DNA of 64,000 bases from Macrostomum lignano (taxonomy: Eukaryota): contig NIVC01002979.1 of assembly GCA_002269645.1 (NCBI GenBank), positions 30,207-94,206 of the forward strand. The letters run 5' to 3'. The position numbers and the translations under genes are program-made. Each line of letters starts with the position of its first letter. Position 1 is the stretch's first letter. The notes below the pieces were generated by a model. That model saw only the letters and a list, made by a program, of their open reading frames with translations. It was not told the origin of the DNA and made no database searches. Positions 13,186 through 24,234 of this stretch are shown here, one piece after another.

Positions 13186-14065
13186 GGCGACACTGACAGG
13201 ATAAGACTGGAGCAGTGCGAGCAGAGCTGATTCGAGGTTCCGGCTAGCAGCAGAGCAGCCGGGCAGTGAGGGGTTCCCAGCGACACGCCGAAGTCGGTGC
13301 AGCTTGGCAGCCGAGGCCCGTGGCACGCCTCAGTAAATAAGGCTACAGGCGCAGTGCATCCATGCCGAAATATAATTTCTTCCAGAGAGTGAGAGGAAGG
13401 CAGGCCGGGGTCTCAGCTGCAGCCTCTCCCCATCTTCATCATGCGGTGCATTTGCCAGCCATGTCCTCCTTCATACCCTCCGCCAAGCAGTGCGGCTGTC
13501 CACTGCACAGCATTGCACAGTAAAGGAAAAATTACTTTTGGACGCGAGCCCGGTGGTCCATGGCGACTGGGGCTTTGGGGGATCGAGGGGGCCCGGAGCA
13601 GCTCATTATGGAGTCCGTTACGATATCCCGTTGCGGTTCTTGCAAGTGCCGCCTTCACACAGAGAAGGATGAAAACTTTGTTAAATTGTTTCCCGCATTT
13701 CTCTTCACGGGTCAGGAACCGTAATTTTATTTTCAAAATCCCAGTTGCCAGGTGCAGAGTCTGGGTTCTGCATCTGTGTTTTTACCCTACCGCCAACCCC
13801 GGCACTCGAACTTTTTCTAACGCCAAGAGCGCACGAGGAGGCATTAGTGCCGCCTCCTTGAACAGACAGTTCAGCCAAGCGATTTCCCTTCAAGTTCTTC
13901 AGTAGCTAACGGGCCAACACTTGGCAACGAAATTGGGATTGAAGTACCTTTTCTCCTCTCTTGGGGGAGCAGACCGAGAGGGATTTTCTAACAAGGCCGC
14001 GGCCCACCAAACATGCCCTCCTTTGGCGTGGGTTTGAATTCTTCTCGCAGTTCACTTGGCGGAAG

Positions 14066-14592
14066 AAAATACGGAGTAGAGAGTGGAAAGATATGAGGGG
14101 TAGAGAGCGGAAAGGAATGTGGAGTAGAGAGCGGAAGAAATGAGGAGTAGAGAGCGGAAGAAATGAGGAGTAGAGAGCGGAAAGATATGGGGGGTAGAGA
14201 GCGGAAAAGAATGCGGAGTAGAGAGCGGAAAGGAATGCGGAGTAGAGAGTGGAAAGAAATAAGGGGTAGAGAGCGGAAAGATATGAGGGGTAGAGAGCGG
14301 AAAGATATGAGGGGTAGAGAGCGGAAAGGAATGCGGAGTAGAGAGCGGAAGCAAATTCGGAGTAGAGAGCGGAAGAAATGAGGAGTAGAGAGCGGAAATA
14401 AATGCGGAGTAGGGAGCGGAAGCAAATTCGGAGTAGAGAGCGGAAATAAATGCGGAGTAGAGAGCGGAAAGGAATGCGGAGTAGAGAGCGGAAGCAAATT
14501 CGGAGTAGAGAGCGGAAATAAATGCGGAGTGAGTAGAGAGCGGAAATGAATGCGGAGTAGAGAGCGGAAAGGAATGCGGAGTAGCGAGCGGA
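14066..14592. repeat. 23-24-bp purine-rich minisatellite (GGAGTAGAGAGCGGAAAGGAATGC variants)
   Basis: Tandem units with constant core GTAGAGAGCGGAA. Confidence 0.93.
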
Positions 14593-14905
14593 TCGGACAC
14601 CAATAATAGAAAGCTCAGATGCGCTAGAAACGAGAACAGTATAAGATATGACTGAGTACGAAATGTATTTCAACAAAGTGAAGTTTTTTTCAATTTCGAT
14701 TAGAGAGCCGTGAGGGACATAAAGAACTCAGCCTTGTTCCCTTGTGTAGCAGACGGAATCCTGCAGACTACTTAAATCAATAGCAGCCGTCTCCATGGCC
14801 CTCGCGTAGAGTCTGCTCAGACCTTGTGTCCACTTGGCCAGCTTAACCTCGCCAGCTGCAGAATCAGCCTGCGAAATCCTTGGCTAATTCTTATCTACCT
14901 CGCAG

Positions 14906-15155
14906 ACTGTCCTTCGTCTTATTTACTATCAGCTCAAATAGAGAACAGGGCACATATACTTCAGCTCTTTGTCTGCCCTGGCACCCTCTGTCTTATACAT
15001 GTCCAGCAAATGAAGTGAAGAGGGATTACACAGCAGTGTCGGATTACTGGCATATTCCTTGCGCTGAAGAAAATTCAACCAAATATTTGAGATCAATTCG
15101 AAACATATACCTTAGTGTTATCAGCCTGCTGCTCGCGTCCCCATCGATCCATTAA
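14906..15155 (+). CDS. Candidate terminal exon, unknown product
   Basis: TTCTTATCTACCTCGCAG acceptor then 83 open codons of non-repetitive sequence (LSFVLFTISSNREQGTYTSALCLPW...SPSIH*); no homology recognised. Confidence 0.25.
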
Positions 15156-15289
15156 ACCCATGGCGCCCCAAAGCAGTCCCAGTGGTGACTGGCAAATCCC
15201 ACAGCACCACACAGCCCACACGGCGCTCCAATAACACTGCGGTGCCCGAAACCCCCTCACAACCCTCAACCGCACAATCCCTCAGCCAC

Positions 15290-15740
15290 ACAACCTACAC
15301 AGCCCCCACAACCCTCACAGCCACACCCTCTCAGCTCCACAACCCCCTCACCCCCCACAACCCCCTCACCCCCACAACCCCTCACCCCCCACAACCCCTC
15401 ACCCCCCACAACCCCCTCACCCCAACAACCCTCTCACCCCCCACCCCCTCACCCCCACAACCCCCTCACCCCCCACAACCCCCTCACCCCACAACCCCCT
15501 CGCCCCCACAACCCCCTCACCCCCAACAACCCTCTCACCCCCACAACCCCCTCACCCCACAACCCCCTCACCCCCCACGACCCCTCAACCCCACAACCCC
15601 CTCACCCCGCACAACCCATTCACCCCCCACAACCCACTCACCCCCACAACCCACTCACCCCCCACAACCCACTCAGCCCCCACAACCCCCTGAGCTCCCA
15701 CAACCCTTACAGCCCTCACAGCCCTCACAGCCCTCACAAA
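15290..15740. repeat. C-rich 17-18-bp minisatellite (ACCCCCCACAACCCCCTC)
   Basis: Tandem units; G-rich opposite strand. Confidence 0.93.
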
Positions 15741-16349
15741 TATTTTCGCGAATTTCACTTGCACTTTCACTAGTCTCGAAAATGCTCTGCGTGTCCCTTC
15801 GTTTTTTTCACAAAGGTCTGAGATAAAAGAATATTTTTTAGTTCACAAAAAATTCCAGACACTTTCAATACCGGCCGTTGATTGAAGTGGAGAGTTAATT
15901 AGCAATCGGGTTGATCTAGCTTGGGTTCCGGATGATAAAAGCTGAGCACTGCTCCACTCTGCTGTGGAAATTGACTACGAGAAAGTTAAATTTAATTGGT
16001 GCCGTCAGAAGTGGAAAGAAAATAAAAAGCCAACGGGGAATTGGAAGTCATATTAAAATCCCTATTCATATCAGAATTTTTTCTTATCAATTTAGGCGAG
16101 CTACTAAGGCTAAACTAAATAACGAAACTAAAATATACATAAGAAAAAATTAATTGTAAATTAACAAACTGTATCGTCTACTATGAGTAGCATCATAAAA
16201 ACTGAAGGATGTCTGTGTTAAAATGTGCCTAAAAGGGTATAAACTTAGTCACAAAAAATTCTGTATCTGGACAACTATAGGTACATAGAATTGTCTTTTT
16301 TCGACGGTAAACTATAAGTTCTAACAAAGTTTCATGCGTTGTAAGGGTC

Positions 16350-16826
16350 CCTCTGTCCCTTACAACACCCACCCCATGGCATTCTCTACCCCTCTGTCCC
16401 TTTCAACACCCACCCCATGGCATTCTCTACCCCTCTGTCCCTTTCAACACCCACCCCATGCCATTCTCTACCCCTCTGTCCCTTTCAACACCCACCCCAT
16501 GGCATTCTCTACCCCTCTGTCCCTTTCAACACCCACCCCATGGTATTCTCTACCCCTCTGTCCCTTTCAACACCCACCCCATGCCATTCTCTACCCCTCT
16601 GTCCCTTTCAACACCCACCCCATGGCATTCTCTACCCCTCTGTCCCTTTCAACACCCACCCCATGCCATTCTCTACCCCTCTGTCCCTTGAGACACCCAC
16701 CCCATGCCATTCTCTACCCCTCTGTCCCCTGAGACACCCACCTCACGCCATTCTCTGCCTCTCTGTCCCTTGCAACACCCACCTCACGCCATTCTCTGCC
16801 TCTCTGTCCCATGCAACACCCACCTC
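16350..16826 (+). repeat. 42-bp minisatellite family, copy 1 (CAACACCCACCCCATGGCATTCTCTACCCCTCTGTCCCTTT)
   Basis: About 11 units. Confidence 0.93.
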
Positions 16827-17599
16827 AAGCCAAACTCTTTGGCTATATTTTTACGTCTCAAGACTTTTTAGTCACGAGTATTTATTGTTCTTAATGTATT
16901 TTGCTCTGCAGACACATTTACAGACATACAGACACGCATATATATATATATAGGATCTGCCCTGTTAGCAGCAGTCTTTATCTTACGTTTCCGTCTTACT
17001 AAAGTCAGTCACAGCTTTTAGCTGTAAGCGTTTCAAATAGTTTTTTGAAATTTTTGTGGGTGTCAAGTTTAAAACTGGAGTAATGGCTCCAGGGAACTAT
17101 TTTAATTTAGCTAACAGCAACTTTTTCACATTAATTCATTTCTTTAGTAGGAAACACTAGCTACTCATAAATTAGCGCCATGTCCTTTGCTTACAGTTCA
17201 AAATTTATCAAAAACTTTTGCAGCATTGAACATTTAAAATTATCCATCTTAAACTCTATACGCTTGTAACATGAGTACTTAAAAAACACTGACGTCGCAA
17301 AATGAGTATAAAAAGCAAATCTATGGATATTTTTACTGCATGCTAGCATTCAGTCAATTGAAGAGTTTTATTTCCTTTTCGCTGATTGCAAAACTGATTG
17401 ATTAATTGGTTTCTTAATTTAATTAAAATCTTCCATTCTTTTTTGAACAAATCGAAATTAAATTAGAAATTTCATTTAACAATGTACAAGCAACAATCAG
17501 CATTTTAAATAGCGCAGACAATATGGGCTCGTATCAGACAGTGAACTTCCAAAGCACCCAATGCCTTCAGTATTCTGTGCGCTTGAGAATTCTCTGCCT

Positions 17600-17855
17600 C
17601 CTTATCCTTGCAACACCCACTTCTCATTGATCTCTACCACACTGTCCTGTGCGACACCCACCTCACGCCAATCTCTACCCCTCTGTCCGTTTCAACACCC
17701 ACCTCACGCCAATCTCTACCCCTCTGTCCGTTTCAACACCCACCTTACGCCTTTTTCCACCCCTGTGTCCCTTGCAACACCCACCTCACGCCATTCTCAC
17801 CCCACGGACTAATGAACTGTAACCCCAACCTCACGCCATTTTTTTACCCTTGGAC
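17600..17855 (+). repeat. 42-bp minisatellite family, copy 2 (diverged)
   Basis: CAACACCCACCTCACGCCAATCTCTACCCCTCTGTCC units. Confidence 0.85.
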
Positions 17856-18219
17856 CTGTTTAACACCCATCTTTTGCAAATTCTCTTGCTATTTTTTTAT
17901 ATTTGAAAATCCCAAATGATTGCCATTTTAGTAACTGTACGATCATAGCATCTAGTTAGCGCAGCCAAGATTTCCTTTGACCTCAGAAAAGCTAGCTAGC
18001 TTGTTTAAACATCAGTGACTAATTTGCATACAGCCATTCCCGCTTTGAAATAGATTATATATCGAAGAATGCTCGTCGCTTGAAACCCCTTGAGACAGTA
18101 GTAGCTTGTACACTCTTGACACACGTCAGTGAATATTTGGACAGAATTAGTCGCAACCAAACCTTTTTTAGAATTTTGACGCCATCTCCCAGCAAGCTCG
18201 CGTAGGAGGGTTTAGCCAG

Positions 18220-18322
18220 CCAATCAGGGACGGCGGCTTCAAGTGGGATGGGGTGGAGCCACTTGCCAATGGAGTGAAGAGGCTTGAAGCAATAACGCTA
18301 GCTATAGAATGCTACTATAAAA
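18220..18322 (+). promoter_or_regulatory. Pol II core promoter: CCAAT (18220, 18266), TATAAAA (18316); non-coding exon 1 ends 18412
   Basis: Canonical spacing; GA|GTAAGT donor at 18413 and TTTTAG acceptor at 18488 directly before the ATG. Confidence 0.65.
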
Positions 18323-18490
18323 CAAAAAGCTTTCACTCAGCTGAGTAATCCGCTGCCTGAAATTTTACGCAAGCTGTTGAAAGGAAAGCGTAAAAACATT
18401 CGTCGAAACCGAGTAAGTGTTTTGCTATTTTCTATTCAGAACAGAATTTTCATGCTCTGCGATCGGGTTGACGGCTTTTTCGTTTTAGAC

Positions 18491-20997
18491 ATGCCCAAAC
18501 AGACACAGTCTGCTGTGCTTTTGGCCGCGCTGATGCTGGCTGCTGTGGCTTCAGCTCTACCGACTGCGTATGAGTATGATGACGGCTACCCTGCCGAGCA
18601 TGACTTTGATAATCGGATTGCTGATCATTCGAGCGGCGAACGGTAAGTAGGTGATACGCTTGTATTGTGTATCATTTTAAAGATTTGCCTTCTGTTTAGC
18701 GATGTTTAATGCAATCTTTTTTACAAAACGGATGGAAATGCAGAGCTCAGGTATAAAGAATGGTGTGATGTGGATGTTGCAAGGAACAAAGGGTAGAGAA
18801 AGGCGTGATGCGGGTGTTGCAAGGAACAGAGGGGTAGAGAATGGCGTGAGGTGGGTGTTGCAAGGGACAGAGGGGTAGAGAATGGCGTGAGGTGGGTGTT
18901 GCAAGGGACAGAGGGGTAGAGAATGGTGTGAGGTGGGTATTGCAAGGGACAGAGGGGTAGAGAATGGTGTGAGGTGGGTATTGCAAGGGACAGAGGGGTA
19001 GAGAATGGTGTGAGGTGGGTGTTGCAAGAGACAGAGGGTTAGAGAATGGCGTGAGGCGAGTAGATAAAAATAGCGGCAACTTAAAATCTATTTTAGGCTC
19101 AACCCTCTAAAGCGATCGGACCGTCGAATGGAAATCCAAAACCTGGTCCAGACTTTGGCGCGCATCAAAGCCAGCAGAGATTTTCTTAGCCAACGAATCA
19201 GGTAACTTTGACCTGGGGATTAGAGGGCTCGCTAAGACGCCGCCCTCTTTTCTAATTATGTATCAGCTTATACTTAGATCATCTGACACCGGTTCTTTTG
19301 ACATACAGATCTGACACACCTGTATTCAGACACACAGGTATTCTGACACACAGGTATTCTGACACACAGGTGTTCTGACACACAGGTGTTCTGACACACA
19401 GGTATTCTGAGACCCCAATTTTATCACCTTCGTGACACCCAAGCGTTTTCGTTAAATGTCAGTAGGAACTAATTTGACGTCATTGAAAAAAAATAAACGA
19501 CAATTGTCAACATTAAATCTCTATTCCAGAATGGGTTAACTTGACAAACAATTCGAAGAAATTCCGTTGCCACCAAAAACCGTGAAATCACTTAACAGCC
19601 GAGCCGATTTCTAAATGTAGACTGTGACCAACGTTGAACTTGTGGCCAATTAACTTAATTTTAGTAATGTCGAAAATCCGAAGTTAATTATCCCATTATT
19701 TGTCAACACTATCTTTATCTAATAAGATTTGCAAATCTGATTGAAAAATATGATAATGAATAAATAAACTCTTTTGAAGGCCATCCTGCATGATTGTTGT
19801 TGACAGCGCTTTCTCTAACTTATAGCGCTGTGCGGGCAAACTGTACTTCGGTAGCCTTCATTGTTTTCACAAGCTAACATTTGGGATGTACTAACAGGTG
19901 ATGCCCCAGTCTAACAGGTGATGCCCCAGTCTAACAGGTGATGTCCCAGTCTAACAGGTGATGTCCCAGTCTAACAGGTGATGCCCCAGTCTAACAGGTG
20001 ATGTCCCAGTCTAACAGGTGATGCCCCAGTCTAACAGGTGATGTCCCAGTCTAACAGGTGATGTCCCAGTCTAACAGGTGATGCCCCAGTCTAACAGGTG
20101 ATGCCCAGTCTAACAGGTGATGCCCAGTCTAACAGGTGATGTCCCAGTCTAACAGGTGATGTCCCAGTCTAACAGGTGATGCCAGTCTAACAGGTGATGT
20201 CCCAGTCTAACAGGTGATGTCCCAGTCTAACAGGTGATGCCCCAGTCTAACAGGTGATGTCCCAGTCTAACAGGTGATGCCCCAGTCTAACAGGTGATGT
20301 CCCAGTCTAACAGGTGATGTCCCAGTCTAACAGGTGATGCCCCAGTCTAACAGGTGATGTCCCAGTCTAACAGGTGATGCCCCAGTCTAACAGGTGATGC
20401 CGCAGTCTAACAGGTGATGCCCCAGTCTAACAGGTGATGCCCCAGTCTAACAGGTGATGTCCCAGTCTAACAGGTGATGCCCCAGTCTAACAGGTGATGT
20501 CCCAGTCTAACAGGTGATGATCTAACAGTCTAACAGATGATGTAACTGTCTAACAGATGATGTAACTGTCTAACAGTTGATTCCACTTTCTAACAGGTGA
20601 TGCCCCAGTCTAACAGGTGATGTAACTGTCTAACAGATGATGTAACTGTCTAACAGATGATGTAACTGTCTAACAGTTGATTCCACTTTCTAACAGGTGA
20701 TGCCCCAGTCTAACAGGTGATGCCCCAGTCTAACAGGTGATGTCCCAGTATAACAGGTTCTGCTTCCAATCATTGAAGAGTGGTTAAAGAATATTCGGCT
20801 ACTTACGAATCTTAAGGAAATTGTCACATTTTAACAAGATTAACGCGATGTAGGCTTCAATCAAATTGATTGAATTCTGGCAGAACAGCACAAGTGAGAT
20901 TGAAGCCCCTGTAAATAAGCAAAATATCGTCGATATTTTCGTTAATTTTTCAATTGTATTTAGGCGCTTTGTTGACGCCCTGATGCTAAAAAATTGA
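18491..20997 (+). CDS. Secreted neuropeptide/peptide-hormone-like precursor; exons 18491-18642, 19097-19201 and probably 20964-20997 (alternative last exon 19530-19539)
   Basis: Signal peptide (AVLLAALMLAAVASA/LP), acidic spacer, dibasic KR, then SDRRMEIQNLVQTLARIKASRDFLSQRI; GTAAGT and GTAACT donors, phase-2 junctions consistent. Confidence 0.7.
18765..19060 (-). repeat. 42-bp minisatellite family, copy 3, inverted, in intron 2 of the peptide gene
   Basis: AGAGGGGTAGAGAATGGCGTGAGGTGGGTGTTGCAAGGGAC is the reverse complement of the copy 1/2 unit. Confidence 0.9.
19893..20752. repeat. 20-bp minisatellite (CTAACAGGTGATGCCCCAGT), about 43 units
   Basis: Tandem units. Confidence 0.97.
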
Positions 20998-21130
20998 GTG
21001 CAAATTTTCTCTTCAATAACTGTAAACAGACACCCGACTGCTGCATAACAAAGGCACTCTCAATTTGTTAAAAGCAGAGAGCATTCGAAGCTTGGAAATC
21101 CATTGTCACTTTTCTATCCATTACTCTACT

Positions 21131-21258
21131 NNNNNNNNNNNNNNNNNNNNNNNNNNNNNNNNNNNNNNNNNNNNNNNNNNNNNNNNNNNNNNNNNNNNNN
21201 NNNNNNNNNNNNNNNNNNNNNNNNNNNNNNNNNNNNNNNNNNNNNNNNNNNNNNNNNN
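21131..21258. other. Assembly gap (128 N)
   Basis: N run. Confidence 1.
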
Positions 21259-21332
21259 GATGCATGCGTTTCACCATGCATAGCAATAACAATAATTGCA
21301 GGAGGCACCCTGGCGCAACGCCTTGGGCGCAA

Positions 21333-21637
21333 TAATAATATAATTGATTACACCTGCCCCCAATCGGGCCAGATGTGCAACCGACAGCTCAGCCGCAGCT
21401 ATTGCGCGGCGCATCTGAAGGCTGCGTACGGCTGTTCGGTCCAATGACTGGGGTTCACCACACACACCCTCAGTTATTACCCCAGCTAATGCTGGCACCC
21501 ATTTTATAGCTGAGTGAACTGAAGCAATGCAGACCTACGTGTCTTGCTCAAGGACACAAATTGCTCCAGTGGAATCGAGAATCGAATCCCCGACCTTCAA
21601 GTCTTGAGTCCGACACTAACTACTAGGCTACAACCCC
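21333..21637 (-). mobile_element. tRNA-derived CORE-SINE (MIR-like core)
   Basis: Minus strand: A box TAGCCTAGTAGTTAG, B box GGATTCGATTC, then GTGTCCTTGAGCAAGACAC...CTTCAGTTCACTCAGCTATAAAATGGG resembling the MIR core GTGACCTTGGGCAAGTTAC...CCTCAGTTTCCTCATCTGTAAAATGGG; ends in (ATT)n tail. Confidence 0.8.
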
Positions 21638-22014
21638 TAGTGGCAGTGGTACCCCTAGTTGTAACCAACCCCTTGGCTTTAACATGCGTAATTCTCGTAC
21701 TTCTACACTAATGCAAATGGAAATGCATGTGCTGCTTATAGATTCGCCATAATATGATACCACAGACACTAATAAAATCTGTTTAAAGTTAGTGGCACAA
21801 ATAACAAAGCAGACTCTCTTTCAGACAGACTTTGAACCACAGAGCGTGATTTACTAACTAATACCAATTAGGTTCTGTACTTTAGACTAATATAAATATT
21901 TATTGAACACTTTTAATAACCTTTCCCACCGCTGAAGGTTGGTAGTTAACAAGCTTTCATTCGAAAGAGTTCATTTCTTTATTACAACTTTGTCATAAGT
22001 TACTTTGTCGTAGA

Positions 22015-22788
22015 ATGGAAGCCGAACAAAATGTCGTTGATGACTCCAAAACATCAACTCTAGTCAACTATTGCATCGATCTGTCGCAACAATTCCAACG
22101 CGCGATCGAAGGCCTGCAGCTAAAGAAAGATCATCAGCAGCAGCAGCAGAAGCAGCAACATGAGAAATCAGACACCCCACAACAGGATGCTCAAACTTCT
22201 CTCACTCGTCGCGTCACAAAAGTTGTGGTTCAACCGCCAGAGATTAAGCTGCAGATCCAGTTAGAAACTTGGCTAGCAGAGGACGGGACTCTGACTGTTC
22301 GACCGCATATAATTTTACCGAATTCGGCTCCTTCGGTGCAGAACTTCGCGGATTTGTCCAATCCGATGAAGAGCAACTGTAGCGCAGCTGCAAGCGGAGA
22401 CCGTCGACTGGATGACGGCCCGTCCGAAGAGGTGCTGTTCGATCAAGTCGGCGCTTGTCTACCACCACCAGTCTCAGGCAAGGACAAAAGCTTCGGGAAA
22501 GGACTAAGACGACAGAAAAAGTCTTCAACCGCCTCATCCAAGAACAAGACAGAGACGTCGACTCGCTTCGGCCATATCAGCCAGCACCAGCACCAGCACT
22601 TCCATCCACATCAGTCGCACAGACGGACATTCAACAGCATCTACGCGCTTGGCGGCGACTCCAGCTGTGCCGAGATCAGCGAGGAGGACAACAACTACGT
22701 GGACGACGACGACGTAGACCTTGCAGGATCGGCGTGCACTCCAGTCGGAAACAGTCACTTGTCAAGCAGCGGCGGTCGCAAGTGGTGA
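22015..22788 (+). CDS. Single-exon 257-aa protein of unknown function (polyQ, His-rich and acidic low-complexity tracts)
   Basis: Non-repetitive GC-richer ORF in AT-rich flanks; ATG one base after a TTACTTTGTCGTAG acceptor; no domain recognised. Confidence 0.7.
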   Translation: MEAEQNVVDDSKTSTLVNYCIDLSQQFQRAIEGLQLKKDHQQQQQKQQHEKSDTPQQDAQTSLTRRVTKVVVQPPEIKLQIQLETWLAEDGTLTVRPHIILPNSAPSVQNFADLSNPMKSNCSAAASGDRRLDDGPSEEVLFDQVGACLPPPVSGKDKSFGKGLRRQKKSSTASSKNKTETSTRFGHISQHQHQHFHPHQSHRRTFNSIYALGGDSSCAEISEEDNNYVDDDDVDLAGSACTPVGNSHLSSSGGRKW

Positions 22789-23984
22789 CTGTGCCAAGCC
22801 AGCTTGATTGCTGACGTGTAAATGCACTTTTTACTGAGGCTTAGTTAGGATATGGTGTACTACTTCGAAAGTACTTTCGCTTATTTTTTTCAATTCGTAT
22901 TGTTAACAGCTAAACATTTTTTATCCCTACCAACTGACAATCGAAATCCACTTCGTACGATACTGTAAAGAAAAGATGCAAGAAGCTTTCAAAGTGGACC
23001 TTATTAAAGTTACGCCCAGTTCCAAATATAGGCTAGCATCCAGAACTAGTTACCTGAAATAAACGAGGCAAACTAACATTTTAAAGTTTAGCTTTACACC
23101 GTAAAGTTTTTGTTATGTTATATTTGACAATTTAATAATACATGCACAATGTAAATTTATATTTGCGCGGTGTTGGTGACAACAAATGGGTGCGTCAGCA
23201 ATGGCTCTATTTCCATTTCCATTTGTAAGTAGACATCTTTGAAGGGATTGGCTTCCCAAATGTACCATTAGCTTCAGTACATGCACTTTGGTTCTGATAT
23301 CCATTAGACAACTCTGCGCATTTTACACGTTTATACAGTGTAGATAACTCTGTGTCCAATGCGATTCTTAATATCTAAGGTGCCGTAGGTACACATAAGC
23401 CACGATATGCAAAATAGCTTCTAGCTGCCGTGTATATTCACATGTACAAGCTTGGATTTGCATTTTGAGCTAGGGTTGAGATATCCCCGGGGGTATGGCC
23501 TATCCTTAATCACATGCAGTAGCCTGCAAGCTTTTGGGAGCCCTGCCGATTACTTGCTTTAAATGGAACAAATCTGCCAGTTGCAAGTTAGAATGATCGT
23601 TTGCTAAAGGCTAATTACCTATGCATGCGCCTGCAGCTGCCTACTTGCGTGTGTTTCCCTTTAAAATAGATTGAACTGATGCAGTGGAAGACGGGGGCGG
23701 TTCTTCTTGCATGCATGACAACAAGGAAGATGGGATCGTGAAAGAGTACGGAGACTGGCTCGGAGTCAATGTGGGCTCGAATGCGACAGTGGTTGACAGA
23801 ACAGATCAGCGGTAAACGCTGGTCCATGAAAATTTCCCGCAGACGAATTGCCCGCCGAGTTTTTCCCGCCGAGGTTTTGCCAGCAATGCTTAGTAAGTCT
23901 TTATGAAGAGATTTACCCCATCAAAACGTTTCGATGGTAACTGTATATCAAATGCTGATGTCAAGGCTTACAGGGGGAATTTCT

Positions 23985-24125
23985 GACATGGTGGGGATAG
24001 CTGAGATGTCAAGTCTTGGGGGGATTGCTGGGATTTCAAGTCTTGTTGGGGATTGCTGTGATGTCAAGTCTTGGGGGGATTGCTGGGATGTCAAGTCTTG
24101 GGGGAGGGGGGAATTGCTGAGATGG
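23985..24125. repeat. Short 25-bp repeat (GGGGATTGCTGGGATGTCAAGTCTT), related to the 56925-57350 array
   Basis: Shared core GGGG(A)ATTGCTG(A/G)GATGTCAAG. Confidence 0.8.
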
Positions 24126-24234
24126 CAATGCTTGGGTCAGAAGCTACAGCTAGTTTATTTTAAAAAATTTCCATTCTTTGTTAGGTCCCCAACGGGGGGC
24201 GTGGATGGCTAGTCTAATGCAGATTTTTTTGCAG

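Noticed and set aside
13413-13905. Overlapping 107-aa and 154-aa ORFs
   Set aside because: No motif, no convincing splice context, strand undecidable
21259-21637. tRNA gene at the SINE head
   Set aside because: No complete cloverleaf or acceptor stem; head runs straight into the CORE domain
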